Shown here piece after piece: positions 27,001 through 32,992 of a DNA stretch of 32,992 bases. Positions within the stretch are counted from its first letter, which is position 1; each line of letters opens with the position of its first letter. The stretch is from Nemertoderma westbladi (taxonomy: Eukaryota; Animalia; Xenacoelomorpha): the NCBI GenBank assembly GCA_032718475.1, contig JAUCBJ010004544.1, positions 1 through 32,992 of the forward strand, in the 5' to 3' direction. The notes under the pieces were generated by a model. It had not been told where the DNA came from and ran no database searches. It saw only the letters and a list, made by a program, of their open reading frames with translations. The position numbers and the translations under genes were made by a program.

Positions 27001-29443
27001 CTGAATTAATAATAATAATAATACATCGTGTACCCTCACGGGATAGGAGAGTGAGTCTGAGTTAATAATAATACATCGTGTACCCTCACGGGATAGGAGA
27101 GTGAGTCTGAGTTAATAATAATAATAATACATCGTGTACCCTCACGGGATAGGAGAGTGAGTCTGAATTAATAATAATAATAATACATCGTGTACCCTCA
27201 CGGGATAGGAGAGTGAGTCTGAGTTAATAATAATACATCGTGTACCCTCACGGGATAGGAGAGTGAGTCTGAGTTAATAATAATAATAATACATCGTGTA
27301 CCCTCACGGGATAGGAGAGTGAGTCTGAATTAATAATAATAATAATACATCGTGTACCCTCACGGGATAGGAGAGTGAGTCTGAGTTAATAATAATACAT
27401 CGTGTACCCTCACGGGATAGGAGAGTGAGTCTGAGTTAATAATAATAATAATACATCGTGTACCCTCACGGGATAGGAGAGTGAGTCTGAATTAATAATA
27501 ATAATAATACATCGTGTACCCTCACGGGATAGGAGAGTGAGTCTGAGTTAATAATAATACATCGTGTACCCTCACGGGATAGGAGAGTGAGTCTGAATTA
27601 ATAATAATAATAATACATCGTGTACCCTCACGGGATAGGAGAGTGAGTCTGAATTAATAATAATAATAATACATCGTGTACCCTCACGGGATAGGAGAGT
27701 GAGTCTGAGTTAATAATAATACATCGTGTACCCTCACGGGATAGGAGAGTGAGTCTGAATTAATAATAATAATAATACATCGTGTACCCTCACGGGATAG
27801 GAGAGTGAGTCTGAGTTAATAATAATAATAATACATCGTGTACCCTCACGGGATAGGAGAGTGAGTCTGAATTAATAATAATAATACATCGTGTACCCTC
27901 ACGGGATAGGAGAGTGAGTCTGAATTAATAATAATAATAATACATCGTGTACCCTCACGGGATAGGAGAGTGAGTCTGAATTAATAATAATACATCGTGT
28001 ACCCTCACGGGATAGGAGAGTGAGTCTGAATTAATAATAATACATCGTGTACCCTCACGGGATAGGAGAGTGAGTCTGAATTAATAATAATAATAATACA
28101 TCGTGTACCCTCACGGGATAGGAGAGTGAGTCTGAATTAATAATAATACATCGTGTACCCTCACGGGATAGGAGAGTGAGTCTGAATTAATAATAATAAT
28201 AATACATCGTGTACCCTCACGGGATAGGAGAGTGAGTCTGAATTAATAATAATAATAATACATCGTGTACCCTCACGAGATAGGAGAGTGAGTCTGAATT
28301 AATAATAATACATCGTGTACCCTCACGGGATAGGAGAGTGAGTCTGAATTAATAATAATAATAATACATCGTGTACCCTCACGGGATAGGAGAGTGAGTC
28401 TGAGTTAATAATAATACATCGTGTACCCTCACGGGATAGGAGAGTGAGTCTGAATTAATAATAATAATAATACATCGTGTACCCTCACGGGATAGGAGAG
28501 TGAGTCTGAATTAATAATAATACATCGTGTACCCTCACGGGATAGGAGAGTGAGTCTGAGTTAATAATAATACATCGTGTACCCTCACGGGATAGGAGAG
28601 TGAGTCTGAATTAATAATAATAATAATACATCGTGTACCCTCACGGGATAGGAGAGTGAGTCTGAGTTAATAATAATAATAATACATCGTGTACCCTCAC
28701 GGGATAGGAGAGTGAGTCTGAATTAATAATAATAATAATACATCGTGTACCCTCACGGGATAGGAGAGTGAGTCTGAGTTAATAATAATAATAATACATC
28801 GTGTACCCTCACGGGATAGGAGAGTGAGTCTGAATTAATAATAATAATACATCGTGTACCCTCACGGGATAGGAGAGTGAGTCTGAATTAATAATAATAA
28901 TAATACATCGTGTACCCTCACGGGATAGGAGAGTGAGTCTGAGTTAATAATAATACATCGTGTACCCTCACGGGATAGGAGAGTGAGTCTGAGTTAATAA
29001 TAATAATAATACATCGTGTACCCTCACGGGATAGGAGAGTGAGTCTGAGTTAATAATAATAATAATACATCGTGTACCCTCACGGGATAGGAGAGTGAGT
29101 CTGAGTTAATAATAATACATCGTGTACCCTCACGGGATAGGAGAGTGAGTCTGAATTAATAATAATAATAATACATCGTGTACCCTCACGGGATAGGAGA
29201 GTGAGTCTGAGTTAATAATAATACATCGTGTACCCTCACGGGATAGGAGAGTGAGTCTGAGTTAATAATAATAATAATACATCGTGTACCCTCACGGGAT
29301 AGGAGAGTGAGTCTGAGTTAATAATAATAATAATACATCGTGTACCCTCACGGGATAGGAGAGTGAGTCTGAGTTAATAATAATACATCGTGTACCCTCA
29401 CGGGATAGGAGAGTGAGTCTGAATTAATAATAATAATAATACA
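1..29443. repeat. ~29.4-kb tandem array (satellite or candidate non-canonical telomeric repeat); unit ACATCGTGTACCCTCACGGGATAGGAGAGTGAGTCTG-AATT-(AAT)3-5 = 50/53/56 bp, ~545 copies
   Basis: Read directly. Unit starts at 3 and 56 give 53 bp, and the period is 50 bp around 4261-4360. The core is essentially invariant; variation is in AAT copy number and the two bases after TCTG. The last unit ends at 29440, followed by ACA (29441-29443) and then unique DNA. The array is open at the left window edge. Confidence 0.99.
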
Positions 29444-29456
29444 ATGAGAAATTAAG

Positions 29457-29462
29457 TTTATT
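29457..29462 (-). promoter_or_regulatory. candidate polyadenylation signal (AATAAA) for the Lifeguard transcript
   Basis: The minus strand reads AATAAA-CTTAATTTCT-CA-TTGTATTATT. It has the gene's orientation, a CA 11-12 nt downstream and U-rich sequence beyond. The region is AT-rich and other AATAAA occur at 29988-29993 and 30151-30156, so this is tentative. Confidence 0.35.
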
Positions 29463-29880
29463 AATATGAAAAAGTTTTTACAGAATATAAACTAATATGT
29501 TGGGACGATGTTTGGATAAACATAAAACAAAAGTAAATAAAATAGGATTCCGCAAAGAAATGAAATAAAATCCACCAATATAAATAAGCAACGAATAGTA
29601 ATATAATAACAGCCGAAGTAGCCAAATAATTATTTGGCGCGCCAACCAGCTGTTACAGGAGGAACTACAGCTGCAGAAGGTTCAAGTTGATATCAAATCT
29701 TGGGACGCGATCGATAATATCTTGGGCCATAAGGTCTAACATTTAATACACAATAAAACCAGATCTGGACCCCAATACCTACATGTAGGAATTCAACCAA
29801 ACAGTCACAGCTGCTGCTGCTGCCGTTACAACTGGGTACGCAGCCCGTCTAACAGTTATTCATATACACTACTAACTAAC

Positions 29881-30189
29881 TACTCTGGAGTCCCGAATAG
29901 ACGGGGCTCCAGAAAAAAAATCCACCCACAATTCTCTTATTTCAGACACCCCGACTATTAATTTTTTCTAAAAAATTTAGTACATTTTTTATTATGAGTA
30001 AATAAACGTTTGTTCTCATAATAATTGAGAGTTGAAAGTGAAAGTGAACAAAAACCGTGTACCGAGTATTTATAGGTAGCCGTAGCTACTCTGTACCTGT
30101 ACGCTTATACTGTATGTTAAGTAAGTATGTTAAATTTTCCACCCACCCCGTTTATTCCACCCACCCCGTCTATTCGGGACTCCAGAGTA
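29881..30189. mobile_element. MITE / non-autonomous DNA transposon, probably Tc1/mariner-pogo type (TA target), 309 bp including the TAs
   Basis: Perfect 26-bp inverted ends: TACTCTGGAGTCCCGAATAGACGGGG (29881-29906) and CCCCGTCTATTCGGGACTCCAGAGTA (30164-30189), both ending in TA. The interior is AT-rich and non-coding. A subterminal TCCACCCAC motif occurs once on the left (29921) and twice on the right (30138, 30156). Confidence 0.85.
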
Positions 30190-30257
30190 ATTAACTAAGT
30201 TACTATTATTATTACAATTATTGATTGGGTCTGGTTGGTATATTCGGGCGGGTTGGT

Positions 30258-31079
30258 TTAATTCCGGGAACTGTTGAGTAGCATCAGGATGTAGAGGAAC
30301 AGCTGTACTACATCCACGTAGAGATTGAGGGCGGCCAGCACGTACTCGTCGGGGGAGATTGTGTATTTGTGGGAACCGCCGATCATTAGTTGAGTGTCGA
30401 ACACGAGGTAGAAGCTGAAGAGGAGCGCCCCGAGTGCGCCGTAGACGATCTGGACGACGCGAGAACGGAAGATTACCGCGAATAAACCGAAGAATATGAG
30501 GATCACGAGGAATACGAACAGATAGGTTCCCATCTTAGTGAAGTCGTATTTGGTTTGGAAGGCGAACGCAGTGAGGGAGAGAGTGACAGCGGCCGTGATC
30601 CCGACAGCTGCGAGCACCGACTCCGTCTCGTACATCGACGCGATTGAGCCGAGAAGCCAACTCTCAAACAGGGTGAAGACGCCGAGGAGTATGAGATTGA
30701 GTGGGTGCATCTTACGGACGCCTTCGCAGCACGCGAGCGCGATTATGACGACGAATGTGCCGCCCATCGCAGTCCACAGCAACCACTGCTGGGCCTGGGC
30801 GAACTCGCGTACCGGCCGAACGAACATAAAGATCGCGATGACGCCGCAGGTAACGAGGAGTTGGCAGCACAGGATCGCGTAAACCCGACGGATAAAACCC
30901 CGTCGGACCGACTTATCGTCGAAGGTTTTGGCGGAGAATGGTTCCCCGGGTTCGGGTACGTCCTCGTCGAAATAACCTCCCTCACCCAGAGCGGCCGTGT
31001 TGTAGTTGCTCGAATTGTTGTGTCCCGAGTAACCACCCCCCTCGAATCCCACCGGTGGGGGTTGTTGGTCGCGCTGCAT
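30258..31079 (-). CDS. LFG: Protein lifeguard (LFG / GRINA-FAIM2-TMBIM1-like), TMBIM / Bax inhibitor-1 family membrane protein, 273 aa, single exon
   Basis: Pro/Gly/Tyr-containing N-terminal tail, then FDDKSVRRGFIRRVYAIL, about 7 hydrophobic segments, LACCEGVRKMHPLNLILL, FAFQTKYDFT, YLVFDTQL, SPDEYVLAALNLYVDVV. These are LFG-subfamily motifs, including the conserved di-aspartate pair. The start context is AAAATG and the CDS is GC-rich against AT-rich flanks. Confidence 0.95.
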   Translation of the reverse strand: MQRDQQPPPVGFEGGGYSGHNNSSNYNTAALGEGGYFDEDVPEPGEPFSAKTFDDKSVRRGFIRRVYAILCCQLLVTCGVIAIFMFVRPVREFAQAQQWLLWTAMGGTFVVIIALACCEGVRKMHPLNLILLGVFTLFESWLLGSIASMYETESVLAAVGITAAVTLSLTAFAFQTKYDFTKMGTYLFVFLVILIFFGLFAVIFRSRVVQIVYGALGALLFSFYLVFDTQLMIGGSHKYTISPDEYVLAALNLYVDVVQLFLYILMLLNSSRN

Positions 31080-31373
31080 TTTCTTAGGTCTGTCTCTGTC
31101 TTTACAGCTTTAGGTAACTGGGTAGGCGTAGGTCCCAGACAGTTGTAGGCCAATGTGTAGGCGCTATCTCTCCTTTATGCTTTAGCTTAGCAGCTAGCTG
31201 TCAGGCTGTAGACAGCGAACTGCGATGCTGGTGCGGTATGCCAAGCAGCCAAGTCTGAATTCAGGAAGTGATAGTATAAAATAATTCTTTAATAGGGCTT
31301 TTCTTTAAGGCAGTGATTTTTTTATGTCCTTTTATTTGACTTTTTTTGTCCGCCTTTTTTTACGAATTGTGCA

Positions 31374-31412
31374 TAATGACTTTTGTTGTCCCTTTAATGA
31401 CTTTTGTTGTCC
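31374..31412. repeat. 21-bp-period tandem duplication
   Basis: TAATGACTTTTGTTGTCC at 31374-31391 and 31395-31412; a degenerate relative lies at ~31336-31351. Confidence 0.8.
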
Positions 31413-31456
31413 TAATGGCCTTTTATGTATGTATTTCTTCAAACTGTCAGACTCTC

Positions 31457-31640
31457 ATTTCTGGACTGTCAGACAGTTGATTTCAACCCGCCTATGTCAA
31501 AACATTCAAAACTTTGTTGATTTCTGGTCTGTCGGGCAGTTGGTTTCACTATGCCTGTGCCAAAACATTCAAAATTCCATGATTTATAGACTATGAGATA
31601 GATTTCCGCGCCTGTGGTAAAATACTCAAAATTTAATAGT
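31457..31640. repeat. degenerate ~62-63-bp minisatellite, about 3 copies
   Basis: ATTTCTGG..TGTC...CAGTTG.TTTC....GCCT.TG.CAAAACATTCAAAA starts at 31457 and 31520, with a more decayed copy from 31582. Confidence 0.75.
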
Positions 31641-31708
31641 TTGTGGTTGTTGTCGATAATCGATTACCACATGACGTAGCAAAACACTCATTTTATAGCC
31701 AAAAACAA

Positions 31709-31858
31709 TTACCAATTGATGGAAAGGAGCAGGTTAGAGAGGCCGGATTTTCTAACCAAAACAATAAACAGTCACTTTACTAAATGAAGGAAAGGAGGAG
31801 GTTACAGAGGCGGGGTTTTCTAACCAAAACAATAAACAATCACTTTACCAAATGATGG
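31709..31858 (+). repeat. 68-bp minisatellite, about 2.2 copies (inverted relative to 32198-32644)
   Basis: GGAAAGGAG.AGGTTA.AGAGGC.GG.TTTTCTAACCAAAACAATAAACA.TCACTTTAC at 31721 and 31789. Confidence 0.9.
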
Positions 31859-32039
31859 TCCTCCAGAAATCTACCGTTAGATTCCATGCTACCGGTTTCT
31901 CTACTGCTGTTCTCTCAGGCTATCAGTACCGGTATTAGTTTTTTTTTTACTTTTTATGTCCTCCAGAAATTTACCCTTAGGTTCCATGCTACCGGTTTCT
32001 CTACTGCTGTTCTCTCAGGCTATCAGTACCGGTATTAGT
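31858..32039. repeat. ~82-bp direct duplication at 100-bp period, separated by a T-rich spacer
   Basis: GTCCTCCAGAAAT...TTCCATGCTACCGGTTTCTCTACTGCTGTTCTCTCAGGCTATCAGTACCGGTATTAGT at 31858-31939 and 31958-32039, with three mismatches. Confidence 0.9.
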
Positions 32040-32197
32040 ATATAGAGCACTATTTTGCAGTATTGCATGTACAGGATGTAGGTATAAAGCAGGTATTTTA
32101 GTACCGGTACCGGCACCGGTACTGCTGTAGGCCTACTGTGTAGCCAACCATTTAAATACGGTACTGGTACAGTGGTAGGCCTTCCGGCTGACCGGTT

Positions 32198-32644
32198 GAT
32201 TTGGTTAGAAAATCCCGCCTCTGTAACCTGCTCCTTTCCCTGATTTGGTAAAGTGACCGTTTATTGTTTTGGTTAGAAAGGCCCACCTCTGTAACCTGCT
32301 CCTTTCCTTCATTTTGTAAAGTGACTGTTTATTGTTTTGGTTAGAAAATCCCGCCTCTGTAACCTGCCCCTTTCCCTCAATTAGTTAAGTGATCGTTTAT
32401 TGTTTTGGTTAGGAAATTCCGCCTCTGTAACCTGCTCCTTTCTCTCAATTGGTAATGTTATCGTTTATTGTTTTGGTTAGAAAATCCCGTCTCTGTAACC
32501 TGCTCCTTTCCCTGATTTGGTAAAGTGATTGTTTATTGTTTTGGTTAGAAAATCCCGCCTCTGTAACCTGCTCCTTTCTCTCAATTGGTAATGTTATCTT
32601 TTATTGTTTTGGTTAAAAAATCCCGTCTCTGTAACCTGCTCTTT
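32198..32644 (-). repeat. 68-bp minisatellite, about 6.5 copies
   Basis: GGTTA at 32203, 32271, 32339, 32407, 32475, 32543 and 32611 (exact 68-bp spacing). The unit is the reverse complement of the 31709-31858 unit. Confidence 0.95.
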
Positions 32645-32992
32645 AGATTACCAGAACAGAGTAGAGAGACAGAAAGAGGGATGTACTGTACAGGGTAGGG
32701 TGTACAGGATGTAAGAAACATCAGAACAGCAGAACTCTGCAATGTTTGTTGTTCCCTGGAAATCGAAAACCGCAAAGTAAAAAGTTTAGCCTGCTGTACG
32801 GTAGGCATATTCAAATTGGGGTGTCGTTTCAGCTTATGGAATTATATGTGGGGTTCTTATTGGGTGTTACTTCAATAAGCTCAACTCATTGGCTAACACT
32901 CTCCCATAGCCAAAGGTGTGTCGGTTCAGCCTTATTGCCAAAAGGGATGTCGCTTGGGGAAACTGTCTGAGTGGGTATCGGTACTGACTGCT

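Noticed and set aside
1-29443. CRISPR array (37-nt repeat plus spacers)
   Set aside because: The 'spacers' are only AATT(AAT)n, not unique sequences. There are no cas genes and the context is eukaryotic.
1-31079. Poxvirus-like terminal tandem repeats next to a viral TMBIM (vGAAP)
   Set aside because: The protein has LFG1-3-type features, and the low gene density, MITE and minisatellites indicate a cellular genome. No viral genes are present.
30538-31153. ORFs 30538-30882(+), 30705-31148(+) and 30743-31153(-)
   Set aside because: Shadow frames overlapping the GC-rich Lifeguard CDS, with no recognisable motifs.
31252-31261. AGTCTGAATT upstream of the gene, matching the repeat unit
   Set aside because: A 10-nt match to any part of a ~53-bp unit in 3.5 kb on two strands is expected by chance. 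It is too short to be a template locus.
31324-32970. Short ORFs 31324-31596, 32581-32814 and 32746-32970
   Set aside because: They overlap minisatellites or low-complexity DNA and show no protein family features.

Overview
Eukaryotic, probably animal, genomic DNA. Bases 1-29443 (89% of the window) are one uninterrupted head-to-tail array of about 545 copies (29.44 kb / ~54 bp). Each unit is a nearly invariant 37-nt core, ACATCGTGTACCCTCACGGGATAGGAGAGTGAGTCTG, then AATT (variants AGTT, GATT, ATT), then (AAT)3-5, giving units of 50/53/56 bp. The array runs off the left edge of the window. On the right it stops sharply with no decayed units, at a 3-nt ACA micro-homology. That junction is about 815 bp past the stop codon of an intronless Lifeguard/TMBIM gene (minus strand) and 13 nt past an AATAAA. 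The unique 3.5 kb also holds a 309-bp TA-flanked MITE and several small tandem and inverted repeat clusters. The most interesting hypothesis is that the array is a non-canonical, very-long-unit chromosome-end repeat made by templated (telomerase/RT-like) addition. An ordinary satellite is the null explanation, and the window cannot show whether base 1 is near a chromosome end.
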